Below the pieces are notes generated by a model that was given only the letters and a program-made list of their open reading frames with translations, was not told the origin of the DNA and made no database searches. 64,000 nt of DNA from Thermoanaerobaculia bacterium (lineage in GTDB: Bacteria; Acidobacteriota; Thermoanaerobaculia; Multivoradales; JAGPDF01): the NCBI GenBank assembly GCA_963788175.1, contig CAWBFZ010000001.1:724804-788803 (forward strand), read 5' to 3'. The position numbers were made by a program, and so were the translations under genes. Every line of letters starts with the position of its first letter. The first letter of the stretch is position 1. Below, piece by piece: positions 1 to 13,618 of this stretch.

Positions 1-660
1 CGCCGCCGAGCGACTCGGCCAGCCGGCCGGTGATCTCGGCCTGGATCTTGTTGCGCTCGCGGAAGATCGGGCGCAGCCGGCGGAAGGCGTAGGCGAGCAT
101 GCCCGCGAAGAGCACCAGAACGCCGAGGATCGCCGCGGTGAGCCGCCAGTTCAGCCAGAAGAGGACGCCGAGCGCGAGCGCCGCGGTGACCAGCCCGCCG
201 ACCAATTGCACGAGCCCGGTGCCGACGAGATTGCGGATCCCTTCGGCGTCGCTCATGACGCGCGAGATGAGCTCGCCGCTCTTGGTGCCGTCGAAGTAGC
301 TGGTCGGCAGGCGCAGCACGTGCGCGTGCAGCTTCTTGCGCATCTCGGCGATCTGCTTCTGGGCGGCGATGCCGAGGAGCTGCGCCAGCCCCCAGCCGGT
401 CGCCGCCTGCACCAGGGTCGCCGCGCCCGGCCGCGAGCGCCAGCGGCAGCAGCAGCCCGCGATCGCCCTTGCCCAGGACGTCGTCGATCAGGAACTTCGA
501 CGATGCCGGCAGGACGAGGCCGGCGAGCCGGCCGATCAGCATCAGCAGCAGGGCCCAGCCGAGCCGCCGACGCTGCTGCCCAGACCAGCGTCCGGGCCTC
601 GCGCCAGACCGACTCGAGCTTCAGCTTGGGCTTCGTCTTCTCCGGCGGCTTCTCGCTCAT
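1..660 (-). CDS. ABC transporter permease/ATP-binding protein (MsbA-like exporter), N-terminal part; runs off the window; frameshifted
   Basis: ATG at 660 (MSEKPPEK...). Downstream frames give TM helices and 'LHAHVLRLPTSYFDGTKSGELISRVMSDAEGIRNLVGTGLVQ', typical of an ABC exporter membrane domain. Confidence 0.8.
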
Positions 661-1543
661 GAACCCTCGATGGCGCGCAGGATCTGCGCGCCGGTCACGA
701 TGGACAGGACGATCGACAGCCGCCGTCAGACACGAGACAGACCAGCGCCCAGAGCATGTGCCGCGAACGCTCCGGCTTCAACGGATCGAGGGCGCGCGCG
801 GCGCCGAAGCCGCCCAGGAAGCCGCCGGCGTGCGCCCAGTTGTCGACCCCGGGCATGATGACGCCGAAGAGGAACATCACCACCGCCCAGGTCCAGACCT
901 GCTGGTGCATGGCGCGCTGGCCGGTGCGCCGGCCGTAGCAGACGAGCGCGCCCAGCAGACCGAAGATCGACGCCGAGGCGCCGACGGTGAACGGGGCGTG
1001 CGAGCCGAGGATCGGAATCGCCGGCAGGAAGGCGCTGGCGGTGGAGCTCAGCCCGAAGCCGACGATCGACGCCGCCGTCCAGATGAGGATCATCCGGCCG
1101 GCGCCGTAGAGCTCGGCCACCGGACCGGCGAGCTGCCGCACCCACATCATGTTGAAGAGGATGTGCAGGATGACCGCCGTGCAGCCAGGAGGCGCTGAGG
1201 ACCGTCCAGACGTGCCCGAGGCCGAAGACCGGCAGCGCCCCGCTCGCCCCGAGCAGGAAGAGGGTGCGGGTGTCGGGCGCGAAGAGCTGCATCAGCCCGC
1301 CCTTCGGCTGCAGGGCACCCGGAGAGAGCAGGACGCTCACGATGTAGAGGATCGAGCAGCCGCCGATGAGCAGGCGGACGAATCCGAGGTCGGCGCCGAG
1401 GCGGCGCAGCAGCGGCGCGAACCCCCAGAGCGAGGGGTTGCGCTTGCCGCAGTGGTAAGCAGCGCTCGTCCTTGACGCCGACCAGTCGCCCGCAGGAGGC
1501 GCAGACGACCGAGCCGCTGGTCTGCCGTGCGAAGAGGCTCAGG
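657..1543 (-). CDS. Rhomboid family intramembrane serine protease with N-terminal Cys zinc ribbon; frameshifted; start approximate
   Basis: N-terminal 'CASC...CYHC', 'ASWLHG..HILFNMMW', catalytic 'VGASASIFG' and 'AHAGG'. Confidence 0.85.
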
Positions 1544-1552
1544 GCTCGCGGC

Positions 1553-2325
1553 TCAGGGCTTCTCGTTGTACGACACGAGGGCCTGGGTTTCGCCGTCCTG
1601 GGCGGCGGCGGTGATCGAGAGCTGGCGCTTGCCGGCCGTGGCGTTGAGCGTGCCGCTCGGCGCGCCGTTGAAGCTCAGGCTCGCCGTCTCGCACCGTCGA
1701 AGCCCGACTCCTCGAGCTTCGACTCGAAGAACGCCGATCACGACGTCCGGCGCGTCGGCCGTGCGCAGGGTGAAGGTGCCGGTCTTCTCACCCTTGGCTT
1801 CGATGTTCGCCATGCCCTCGGAGCGGCCGCCGGGATAGGTCGGGATCCAGTCGGCGCTCCTGGCCGCCGGCGCCGAAGACCGCCGTGCCCTGGTCGGTCA
1901 CGACCTTCATCTGTCCGCCGTTCTCTCCGCGTGGCGTCGATGTCGATGTTCGTCGTCTCGCCGTCGGTCGGTGATCGAGAACTTGCCGGCCTTGATGTCC
2001 TCGAGGTCGAAGGTGACCTCCTTGCCGGTCTTCTTCTCCCGCACCGTGATCGTGCCGGCGGCGGGATCGGAAGAGAGGACGTCGACATCCGGGTTCAGCC
2101 GCAGCACGAGCTCTGCCGCCCTCACCGCGGCGGCATCCGGATTCGACTCCATCTCCTTGGCGAAGTCGGAGAGCTTGCCGACGCCCTTCTTCGGGAAGTA
2201 GCCGCGTGACCACGAAGCAGCTGCCGACACCGAGCAGCAGCAGCGACGCCGCATCCGAGCAGGACCTTGACGAACGTCGACATGCCCTTCTTCGGGGCCG
2301 CTTCCGGAGTGAGAGGCTGGTTCAT
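1553..2325 (-). CDS. Hypothetical membrane-anchored protein; frameshifted
   Basis: ORF pieces 2122-2325, 1907-2254 and 1553-1813 join into one protein with an N-terminal TM/signal segment. GGAG upstream of the ATG. Confidence 0.6.
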
Positions 2326-2413
2326 GATTTCGGCTCCTTGGCCTGGGAATCGTGGCGAACGAAATCAGATTAACACGCGGCGCGAACTCGCGACCGGGAC
2401 GCTCGGCGCAACG

Positions 2414-3088
2414 CTACTGGAACTCCCCCCGCACGTTGTCCGGGAGCTCGTTGTGGTCGTCGGTCCGCCGGATGAGGCCGTGATGCCTGAGCAGCCCGCC
2501 GGCCTTGCGCACCGCCTGGAGCAGACCGGCGCCCGGGCCGGACGTCCGCACCGTGGCGGCGGTCTCGCGCGCCAGCTCCTCCCAGGTGCCCGCCGGCACG
2601 ACCGAGTGGATCCCTTCGTCGGCGAGCACGACGACCCGGCGCTCGAAGGCCGAAACCGCGATCAGGATCCCGGTTCGGTCGCGCGTCGTGAAGACCGAGT
2701 GCACGAGAAAGGCCTCCCGCGCCCGCTGCTGCAGCCGGCGATCGAGCAGGGCCGGACCGCACAGCCAGCGGCGGAACGGCAGCGACGGATCGCGCCAGCA
2801 TCGCGCCGGCGAGCAGTCCACAGGCTACGAAGAGCAGCATCCAGGCCGGGCGAGTGATCCACAGCGGGCGCAGCGGTCGAGCGACCGCGGCGCCCGCCGC
2901 GGCGGCGAATCCGACGAGCGCAGCGCCCTTCCAGATAGGCGACCTGATAGTCGTCCGCGCTGGCCAGCGCGAGCGCCACGATCTCGCCGCCGGTATGGCC
3001 TTCGGCCTCCGCCACGGCGTCGCGGATGGCGGCGGCCTCGGCGGCGGTGATGCCGGGCGGGAGTCCGGCGGAGCCTGTGATCGGTCAC
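2414..3088 (-). CDS. TPM domain-containing membrane protein; frameshifted
   Basis: 'AVAEAEGHTGGEIV', 'RAREAFL..VFTTRDRTGILIAVSAFERRVVVLADEGI', C-terminal 'NELPD'. Confidence 0.8.
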
Positions 3089-3195
3089 TGAGTGGAGATT
3101 CTAGCGCGGGCCGCCGGCACTCGCGGGCAGAGCTCGTTGACAGGGATCGGCGCACGTCCCTAGACTTATGCGCCCGGAATCCGGCCTCCCCACCC

Positions 3196-4854
3196 ATGTC
3201 CTCGTCGACTCCTCCCCGCCTTGCTGCTCGCCCTCGGCGTCGGTGCCGCCCTCGGCAGCGCGGCTCCGCGGCGAACGCCCAGGAGCTCGTCTTCCTGGCG
3301 TTCGGCGACAGCATCACCGACGGCTACGGCGACACCTCGAACCCGGGGGGCGGCTACCCACCGCGCCTCCAGCGCTGGCTCCGGCAGCAGGGCTACGACG
3401 CCGTCGTCGAGTCCCACGGCGTCGGCGGCGAAACGACCTCGGCCGGGCTCTCGCGCATCGACTCGGTGCTCGCCGGGGGCGGCGATTACCTTCTCCTGAT
3501 GGAAGGGACGAACGACATCTCCCGGCGCGTCGGCGTCGAGTCCATTCGCTTCAACCTCGACGAGATGGCCAGCCGCGCCGAGGCGCTCGGCATGATCGCC
3601 GTCCACGCCTCGGTGATTCCGCGCATTCCGACTGCGCCGGTCGACTCCGACAATTCGGCTACGTCGGCGCTGGCGCACGCGATCCGGGACATGGGCGCGG
3701 ATACCCACCGAGCCGTCGTCGACCAGTTCACCCTCTTCGAGAGCCTGCCGGACCTCTTCGACAACTATTACTACTACGACCCGGACAGTCGTCGATCTCG
3801 TCGGGTCACCCGAACACCGACGGCTACATCGAGATCGCGGGTCTCTTCCTCGAGACCCTCCTGCCGCTGCTCGAGACTCCGACGATCGAGATCGTGCCCG
3901 CCCCCAGCCCGTTTCCGGCTGGCACCCTCGCCGCCTTCGCGTCGATGGCAACGCCGTCGAGCAGTTCGTGCAGGTCGAGTGGGACTTCGGCGACGGCGGC
4001 TACGCGAGCGACTCCCCCGCCCGGCGACCTCACCACCTTCTACATGTACCTTCACCCCGGAACGTACACCGTTACCGTGCGCGGCCTCGACCGCCGGCGG
4101 TGCGGTCTCGGAGGACTCCGTACAGGTGGTCGTGTCGGGCACCGAACCGGCGTGGGAGACGGCGTCGACGCTGATCCCGCTGATCGTCGAGTCCGCCGAC
4201 GGCCAGGTCGTCTCCGACCTCGACGCTGGCGAACTCCGGCAGCGACTTCGGGGTCATCGAAGCGGCCTTCGTGCCCGAGATCGTCTACGACGAGCCGGCT
4301 CCGGTCCGACGCTTCGTCGTGCCTCCCCAGAGCCCGACGAAGATCGCCGAGGTTCTCGGCACCGCCTTCGGAATCGGTGCCGGAAGAGGGCGCGCTGCGG
4401 ATCACCCTCTACGCCTTCCCCGGCGCCTCGCCGGCGCAACTCTCCGCGCGCGCCATCGTGCACGCTGCGAGCGATCCCGACGGCAGCGACGGCGCCATCG
4501 TCTCCGGAATTCCCTCGGCCGCCTGGACCTCTGCCGGCAAGCAGATCTCCGGCATTCCGCACGACGCGACGACCCAGCCGACGCTCGTGGTCGCGAATCT
4601 CGACGGCGTCGCGCGGCACGGTGAGCTTCGACCTCGACGACGCGCCTCGGCGGCGAAATCGGTTCCGGCGTCCTCGAGCTCGGAGCCGAACGCCACCCGC
4701 CTGCGGTCGATCGACGATCTCTTTCGCGGTCTCGCCTCGCGCCCGACGCCATTCCGGGCGGTCTTCGCCGCGCGCCGCTATCCGCTTCTCCGCCGCCGCT
4801 CTCGTCCACCATCCGGCGAGCGGCGAAGTCCGCGTGCTGACCGCTACTCCCTGA
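3196..4854 (+). CDS. Secreted SGNH/GDSL hydrolase with PKD domain; frameshifted
   Basis: SGNH blocks 'FGDSIT', 'GVGGETT', 'EGTND', 'GHPN'; PKD motif 'EWDFGDG...YLHPGTYTVTV'. Confidence 0.75.
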   Translation: MSSSTPPRLAARPRRRCRPRQRGSAANAQELVFLAFGDSITDGYGDTSNPGGGYPPRLQRWLRQQGYDAVVESHGVGGETTSAGLSRIDSVLAGGGDYLLLMEGTNDISRRVGVESIRFNLDEMASRAEALGMIAVHASVIPRIPTAPVDSDNSATSALAHAIRDMGADTHRAVVDQFTLFESLPDLFDNYYYYDPDSRRSRRVTRTPTATSRSRVSSSRPSCRCSRLRRSRSCPPPARFRLAPSPPSRRWQRRRAVRAGRVGLRRRRLRERLPRPATSPPSTCTFTPERTPLPCAASTAGGAVSEDSVQVVVSGTEPAWETASTLIPLIVESADGQVVSDLDAGELRQRLRGHRSGLRARDRLRRAGSGPTLRRASPEPDEDRRGSRHRLRNRCRKRARCGSPSTPSPAPRRRNSPRAPSCTLRAIPTAATAPSSPEFPRPPGPLPASRSPAFRTTRRPSRRSWSRISTASRGTVSFDLDDAPRRRNRFRRPRARSRTPPACGRSTISFAVSPRARRHSGRSSPRAAIRFSAAALVHHPASGEVRVLTATP

Positions 4855-4969
4855 CCCTTCCGCGCTCGCGCGCGCGGAAATTCGCTCGCCGCCCGGCGAA
4901 AAGAAGATGCTAAAGTTTCCTCGGCCATTCGGCCGGACTTCCGCTCCAGGAGCGCGAGGGAGAAGGGGA

Positions 4970-6879
<1,910 letters not shown>

Positions 6880-6883
<4 letters not shown>

Positions 6884-8466
6884 GCAGGAAGGGACAGGCC
6901 GGAGTTGCCGCCCGCCGGGCGCGCGCCGCCGGCCTGCTCCTGCATCCGACGAGTCTTCCCGGCCGGTTCCCGATCGGTGACCTCGGCCCGTCCGCCGTCG
7001 CGATGCTCGACTGGATGGTCGGCGCCGGCTTCACTGTCTGGCAGGTCCTGCCGCTGGGGCCCGACCGGGATGGGCGATTCGCCCTACAACTCGCTCTCGG
7101 CCTTCGCCGGCAACCCTCTGCTCATCTCGCCCGAGGCGCTGGTCGCCGACGGGCTCGCTGCCGGCCGACGCCCTGACGCCCTGGGAGGCCGAGCCGGGCG
7201 GCGAGCGTCGACGTACCCGGCGGCGGCGAGCTGCAAGGAGAGCCTCCTTCGACAGGCCTTCCTGCGCTTCGAGTCCGGGGAGCTCCCGGATCTCGCTGCC
7301 GGCCTCGAGCGTTTCGCCGACCAGGAGCGCCGCGCCGTCTGGCTCGACGACTGGGCGCTCTACGCCAGCCTGAAGCGCGACCACGCCGGCGCCTCGTGGC
7401 TCGATTGGGAGCCCGGCCTGCCGCGACCGGGAGCCGCAGGCGCTGGCTCGTGCGCTCGGCCGATGCTCGCCGGCGAAATCCGTTTCGCGGTCTTCTGCCA
7501 GTTCCTCTTCTTCCGGCAGTGGTCCGCAGTGCGCCGCGCCGCCGAGAGCCGCGGCATCCGCATTCTCGGCGACGTACCGATCTACGTCGCACCCGACAGC
7601 GCCGACACCTGGGCGAACAGCGCACCTCTTCGATCTCGCCCCGGACGGCAGCCTGCGCGCCGTCGCCGGCGTACCGCCCGACTACTTCAGCGCCGACGGC
7701 CAGCGCTGGGGCAATCCGCTCTATCGCTGGGACGTGCTGCGGGCCGACGGCTTCCGCTGGTGGATCGACGCGCCTCCGGGCGCAGCTCGAGTTCGCCCAC
7801 GTCCTGCGGCTCGATCACTTCCGCGGCTTCGTCGCCTACTGGCAGATCCCCCAGCGCCAGCACGACGGCGCGCCGCGGCAAGTGGGTGAAGGGCCCGGGC
7901 GAGGACCTTCTTCCGCGCCCTCCGGCAAGGGCCTGGGCGGCCTCCCCCTGCTGGCCGAGGATCTGGGCGAGATCGACGCGCGCGTGCACAACCTGCGGCG
8001 CCGGCTCGACCTGCCCGGGATGCGCGTCCTGCAGTTCGGCTTCGGCGCCGCTCGACAGCGACCACAGTCCACACCGCCACGAACCCCGCGCGGCGGTCTA
8101 CACCGGAACGCACGACAACGACACCACGCGCGGCTGGTTCGCCGAGCGCCGGCGAAGACGAGCGCCGGCGCGTCCTGACCTACCTCGGGGCGACGCCGGA
8201 GACCATCACCGCCGGCGATGATCCGCGCCGCCTACGGTTCGGTGGCCGAGCTCGCGATCCTGCCGCTGCAGGACGTGCTGAACCTGGGAAGCGAGCGCGC
8301 ATGAACACGCCCGGCAGCGAGGGCGGCAACTGGAGCTGGCGCGTCCGCCATACCGGACGTGCCCGAAGACCTGCCGGGCCGGATGCGCGAGCTCGCGGTC
8401 GCCACGGCGCGGCTGCCCGAGGTTCCGCCGGAGCAGCGGCAGTCGTCGAACCTCCCGGCCGGGTAA
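6880..8466 (+). CDS. malQ: 4-alpha-glucanotransferase (GH77); frameshifted
   Basis: 'AGLLLHPTSLPG', 'WQVLPLGP', 'SPYNSLSAFAGNP', 'LRLDHFRGF', 'AEDLG', 'YTGTHDNDT', 'MNTPG..GNWSWR'. Confidence 0.9.
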
Positions 8467-8499
8467 TCGCCGGGACCGGCAAAGCGTAGAATCGGCGCC

Positions 8500-9563
8500 G
8501 TGTCCCGCCTGCCGCCCCTGCGCCCCGCCGACCCCGCACGATTACGGGTCCGCCCGTCGCGGACTCACTCGGGCGTTCGCTGGGCGATCTGCGCATTTCG
8601 GTCACCGATCGCTGCAACTTCCGCTGCGTCTATTGCATGCCGCGCTCGATCTACGGCGTGGAACACGCCTTCCTGGACCGCGCCGAGCTCCTGACCTTCG
8701 AAGAGATCGAGCGCCTGGCGCGAATCTTCGTCGGACTCGGCGTGCGCAAGCTTCGCCTCACCGGCGGTGAACCGCTCCTGCGGCGCAACCTCTCCGAGCT
8801 CATCCGGCGGCTCGTCCCGCTCGGCGTCCCCATCGCGCTCACCACCAACGGTTCCCTGCTCCGGCTCCAGGCCGCGGCCCTGCGAGCGGCGGGGCTGACG
8901 CGACTCACGGTCAGCCTCGACACCCTCGATCCGGTCGTCTTCCGCACCATGAACGACGCCGACTTCGGCCCGAACGACGTGCTCGAGGGCATCGCGACGG
9001 CGCAGGCGGCGGGCTTCGACTCGATCAAGATCAATGCGGTGGTGCGCCGCGGCGTCAACGACGACGGCCTCCTCGACCTGGTGCGGAAGTTCCGTGGCAG
9101 CGCCCACATCGTGCGCTTCATCGAGTACATGGACGTCGGCGCCTCGAACGGCTGGCAGCTGGAGGACGTCGTGCCGGCGACCGAGATCCTGCGGCGCGTC
9201 GCCGCCGGAACCTCCGACACCGTCCTCGATCCGGTCGCGCCACAGAGTCGCGGCGAGGTCGCGAAGCGCTATCGCTATCGCGACGGCTCGGGCGAGATCG
9301 GCATCATCTCGTCTGTTTCGCAGCCGTTCTGCGGCGACTGCGTGCGCGCGCGCCTGTCTGCCGACGGCCGGATCTACACCTGCCTGTTCGCGACGAGCGG
9401 CAGCGACATCAAGACCCCGCTGCGCACCGGAGCGTCGGACGAGCAGCTCGCCGGGGAGATCGCCGCGATCTGGCGGCGGCGGGACGATCGCTACTCGGAG
9501 GTGCGTTCGCGGGCGACGCCGTCCCTTCCGGGGCGGGTCGAGATGTCGTACATCGGGGGTTGA
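8500..9563 (+). CDS. moaA: GTP 3',8-cyclase (radical SAM, molybdenum cofactor biosynthesis); 5' end probably frameshifted
   Basis: 'LRISVTDRCNFRCVYCMP' radical SAM motif, 'LTGGEPLL', 'FCGDCVRARL', C-terminal 'MSYIGG'. Confidence 0.95.
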
Positions 9564-9589
9564 GGGCGGTGCTGCGACCTCTCTCCTGC

Positions 9590-10050
9590 CTACTTGAAGA
9601 GGGCGTCGAAGGCGGCCCGCGGATCCTTCGCGGCGGGCGCCGGCTTCTCGGCGGCGAACTCCTGGCGTTCGCGGGGCTCGAAGTGGACGCACTCGTTCGC
9701 CTTCGACTTCTTCATGACGAGCGTCACCTGCGGCTGCCGGCACTGCGCCGGGGCGCCGGGATCGAAATGCGTGCAGTTGGTGCAGGTGTGCAGGTCGGCT
9801 CCGCATGCCGTGCAACGGGCTGCGAGGCCCGCGGCGGCGCCGATGCTCTGCTGCTCGCCGCAGCTCGCGCAGCGAAAGGCGCTCGCGGTCGGCGCGCCGA
9901 GGCCGCGTCCGCGCGGTGCGTCACGCGCATCGCGAGCCCCCCCGGTGCCCGCGGCGCTCCGGAGGGCCGGTCGCCTTCGCGGCGCGAAGAGTCTCGCGAC
10001 GGTGAGCCGGAGTCCTGGTATCCGCTCTGCTTGTACTTGCGGTCACTCAT
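9590..10050 (-). CDS. Small Cys-rich (zinc-binding) hypothetical protein; one frameshift
   Basis: MSDRKYKQSGYQD...; Cys pairs 'CASC', 'CTAC', 'CTNC'; ends 'RAAFDALFK*'. TATACT 6 nt upstream of the ATG. Confidence 0.7.
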
Positions 10051-11602
10051 GAGCGCAGTATACCGGCACGCCCGGCGCAGCCCGGTGCTCTGGTTCACGG
10101 CCGCCCTCCTCGCCCTCGCCGGTTGCGGCAAGGCAGGCAGCACGCGGAGCACGACCCCCGGCCCGGCGCTGCAGCCCCGCAGCTTCGAGCTCGGCGAGTT
10201 TCTCGCCAGCCGTGCGACTGCGGTCGATTCGCCCGCCGCCGCGCGCCTTCTGGCAGCAGCGGGGCTCACCTCGAGCGTCGAGCTGCCGCCCGCCCCGCCC
10301 GCGGTCCTTTTCGTCCCGCCGGACGGCTTTCGCGTCGCGGCGGTAGCGCCGCACGGCGACCGCATCGCCCTGGTCCGCGAGCTCGACCCGGACACGACCG
10401 AGGTTCTCCTGCACGACCGCGCCCGCGGCGAGACGCGGCTCCTCCTGCCGCTCGACCGCGATGCCCGATTCCTGCCCCAGAGGTTCTCCGCCGACGGCAG
10501 CCGGCTCCATCTCTTTGCGGACGAAGTCGACGACACGCTGCAGCTCGAGATCCTCGATCTCGACACCGGCGAACGGTCGCGCCGGGCGCGCCCCGGCTGC
10601 GAGGCGCTGCGCCTCGACACCAGTCCGGACGGCGCCATCTACGCCCTGCAGTGGAGCTGCCGCGGCGCCGTCGAGTCCGCCCTGTTCGATGCCGCGACCG
10701 GGGAGGCGCTCCGCCCACTTCCCCTGCCGGACGGCACGCGGCTGGCGCGCGCCCTGCCCGCGGGACGGTCGGGCGGCGTGCTCTACGAGATCGCCAGCGC
10801 CCGCTATCCGCGCGACCTGATGTTCGCCGACAACCCCGGCCCGGACGCCAACGCGCGGCCGCTCTCGTTCGGACTGGCGCCGGGGATCGCCGCCGCCGAT
10901 CTCGTCGACCCGGTTCCGCTCGAATTGAAGATCTCGGGCTCGCCGTCCGTGCCGCCGATACCCGCTGAGCTCTGGTGGCCGCGCCGCCCAGGTGCCGCGC
11001 CGCCGGCGCTGATCTGGATGGAGAAGGACGGTCTGCCGCCAACCTGGCAGGAGTTCCATCCCTTCCTGCAATTCCTCGCCAATCATGGCGTCGTCGTGCT
11101 GCGCCTCCGCCTGCGCGGTTCCCAGGGCCTCGGAAAGCGCTTTCGTCACGCCGCCGACGGGCGGCTCGTCGACGCGGGACTCGAAGATCTCGACGCCGCC
11201 CGTGCCGAGCTCGCGAAACGTGGCGTCGATTCCCTGCGCATCGCTCTCCTGGGCGAGGGCTCGTGGTGCGGGGCCCTCGCCGCGACGGCGCTCGTCGAAC
11301 GGCCCGGACGCTTCGTCGCCGCCGTCGATCTCGGCGGCGAGCCCGATCCCCTGGGTCAGCACGACGCCGTTCCGGCGCTCGCCGAGCCGGCGCGCGCCTG
11401 GTGGCTCACGCGCTTCGGCGACCCAGCGACCGAGGCGGTCCGGCGCGACCGCGCGCGCATGCGCCTGCCCACGAACCTGCCCAGCCAGCTGCTTTTTCTC
11501 GCCAGCGATCCCGCAGCGGCCAGCGACAGCGCCGCAGCGTTCGCCGCATTGTGGGAGTTCCTGAGTACCCGGCTCGGCGCCAACCTCGGCGGGCAGCCCT
11601 GA
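10049..11602 (+). CDS. S9 prolyl-oligopeptidase-like lipoprotein (propeller plus alpha/beta-hydrolase), catalytic motifs degenerate; true start may be GTG 10085
   Basis: Lipobox 'LALAGC'; 'QFLANHGVVVLRLRLRGSQGLGKRF' and 'VDSLRIALLGEG' resemble the S9 hydrolase core. Confidence 0.65.
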   Translation: MSAVYRHARRSPVLWFTAALLALAGCGKAGSTRSTTPGPALQPRSFELGEFLASRATAVDSPAAARLLAAAGLTSSVELPPAPPAVLFVPPDGFRVAAVAPHGDRIALVRELDPDTTEVLLHDRARGETRLLLPLDRDARFLPQRFSADGSRLHLFADEVDDTLQLEILDLDTGERSRRARPGCEALRLDTSPDGAIYALQWSCRGAVESALFDAATGEALRPLPLPDGTRLARALPAGRSGGVLYEIASARYPRDLMFADNPGPDANARPLSFGLAPGIAAADLVDPVPLELKISGSPSVPPIPAELWWPRRPGAAPPALIWMEKDGLPPTWQEFHPFLQFLANHGVVVLRLRLRGSQGLGKRFRHAADGRLVDAGLEDLDAARAELAKRGVDSLRIALLGEGSWCGALAATALVERPGRFVAAVDLGGEPDPLGQHDAVPALAEPARAWWLTRFGDPATEAVRRDRARMRLPTNLPSQLLFLASDPAAASDSAAAFAALWEFLSTRLGANLGGQP

Positions 11603-11637
11603 ACCGGCATCCGCCGTGCTAGCATTTCGCATCGCTC

Positions 11638-13575
11638 ATGGAGACTCTGGACAAGTACCAAGTCCTTGAAAAGATAGGCGTTGGCGGATTCGGCGTCGTC
11701 TACAAGGCCTACGATCCGTTCATCAAGCGCCACGTCGCCATCAAGACCTGCACCTCGGAGGAGACCGAGACGCGGGAGCGCTTCATGCGCGAGGCCGAGA
11801 TCGCCGGGAACCTCCATCACCGCAATATCGTCACGGTCTACGACTTCGGCTTCAAGGACGGCGTTCCCTACCTCGTCCAGGAGTACCTCTCCGGCGAGGA
11901 CCTCGATCGCAAGATCAAGCGTCGCGAGTTCCTGAGCCTGCCGGAGAAGCTCCTCTACCTGGTGCAGATCGCCCGCGGACTGCAGTATGCGCACTCCCGC
12001 GGCGTCGTGCATCGCGACATCAAGCCGGCGAACATCCGCATTCTCGAAGACGACACCGCCAAGATCATGGACTTCGGGATCGCCAAGCTCGCCCAGCACC
12101 AGGAGGCGCTGACCCAGGCCGGCATCACCCTCGGAACCGCCGCCTACCTCGCCCCGGAGCAGATCCGCGGCGGCGCCTTCGACGCCCGCACCGACCTGTT
12201 CTCTTTCGGCGTCCTGGCGTACGAGCTGTTCGCCCTCGAGCGCCCGTTCCAGGGCGCGGAGATCTCGGCGGTCTTCTACAAGATCCTCAACGAGGACGCC
12301 GCCGCCGCTGCGCGGGAAGGCCCCCGACTGCCCTGAAGAGCTCGAGCGGATCGTGCGCCGCTGCCTGGAGAAGGAACCCGCAACGGCGCTACCCCAACTG
12401 CACGGAACTGCTGCACGACATCGAAGATCTCGCTCATCGACGGCCACGCGAGACCACTGACGAGCTCGCCGCGGCGCAACTGACCGCACGCACCGCGGCC
12501 GCAGCGAGTCTCGCTCCGAAGGCCCCGGGCACCCCATCGGCTGCGAATGGCGCCGGAAATGCGCGGCCATTCCGGGAACGGCGGCACACCGGCACCCCGC
12601 CCCCTGAGCCTCGGCGACATCGAGCTCGATTCGCGGCAGGCCGCGACTGCGCTCCACCGACGACGGCCACACCACGGTCGCCTTCGAGCGCCATCCCGGC
12701 GCCGGCAAACGGATCTCAGGCGGGCTCGCGCTGCTCGTTCTCGCCGCCGCCGCCGCCTGGGGAGGATGGCGTTACTGGCAGGAGTCCCAGTCGATCCCGC
12801 CGTCCTCGACTGCTCTGCCGATTTCGACCCGCACCCCCCCGGGGTCTGCGCCTGGCAGCACCTCCGGCAACGTCGGCGATGCCGCCGTCGACGAAGGCGG
12901 TCGAACCGTCGCCGCAGGCGACGCAGGCGACGCCGGCGGCGACGGCGCCGGACAAGGCTCCCCCGCCGACACTCCGCGCCGGAGTCCGCATCAGCGGCGC
13001 GAGCTCCCACGGAAGCGCCGGCAGCGGCAGGGGATCCGGCAGCGGCGAGCCCGCCGCCGGCCGAGGCAGCCGCGCCGGCGCCGCCCGCAGTCCTCACCGT
13101 CGAAGCCGGCCTGGGATTCGGCGATGACCCTGCGCCTCGGCGGCAAGGTCTGGACGCTCGACCGCGAACGCCGGCTCGAGCTCGCCGCGGGAAGCTACAA
13201 GCTCAAGTTCGCGATCGAGAGCCCCGTCTACTCGCACGCCCAGGAGACTGACCGTGCGCCTCGCGGAGGGCGAGAGCCGGCGGATCGTCTCGCCGATCGA
13301 GCGCCCGGGCAAGCTCACCGTGCAGCCGCACATCAACGCGCGTCAGGCCTTCGTCCGCCTCGACGGCGCGCTCGCCGTCGCCGACGCCGCTGCGCGGGCG
13401 CTGGCTCGCGCCCGGACCCCACGTCGTCGAGATCGTCGCCACCCCGGATCCGGCCTCGCCGGTCCTGCTGCAGGAGAGCATCGAGATCCGCAGCGAGAGC
13501 GAGTCGATCCTGACTTTCGACCTCGACGGCCGGAGCCCGCAGCGGCTCGCCGAGAAGCCGATCCTGCCGAACTGA
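11638..13575 (+). CDS. Hanks-type Ser/Thr protein kinase with TM segment and extracytoplasmic C-terminus; frameshifted
   Basis: 'IGVGGFGVVY', 'VAIK', 'HRDIKPAN', 'DFGIAK', 'GTAAYLAPE'; later Pro/Ala linker and beta-rich tail. Confidence 0.88.
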
Positions 13576-13618
13576 GCCGGAGTCGGCCGACGGATTCCCC
13601 TCTGCTAGAGTCGCGCAG

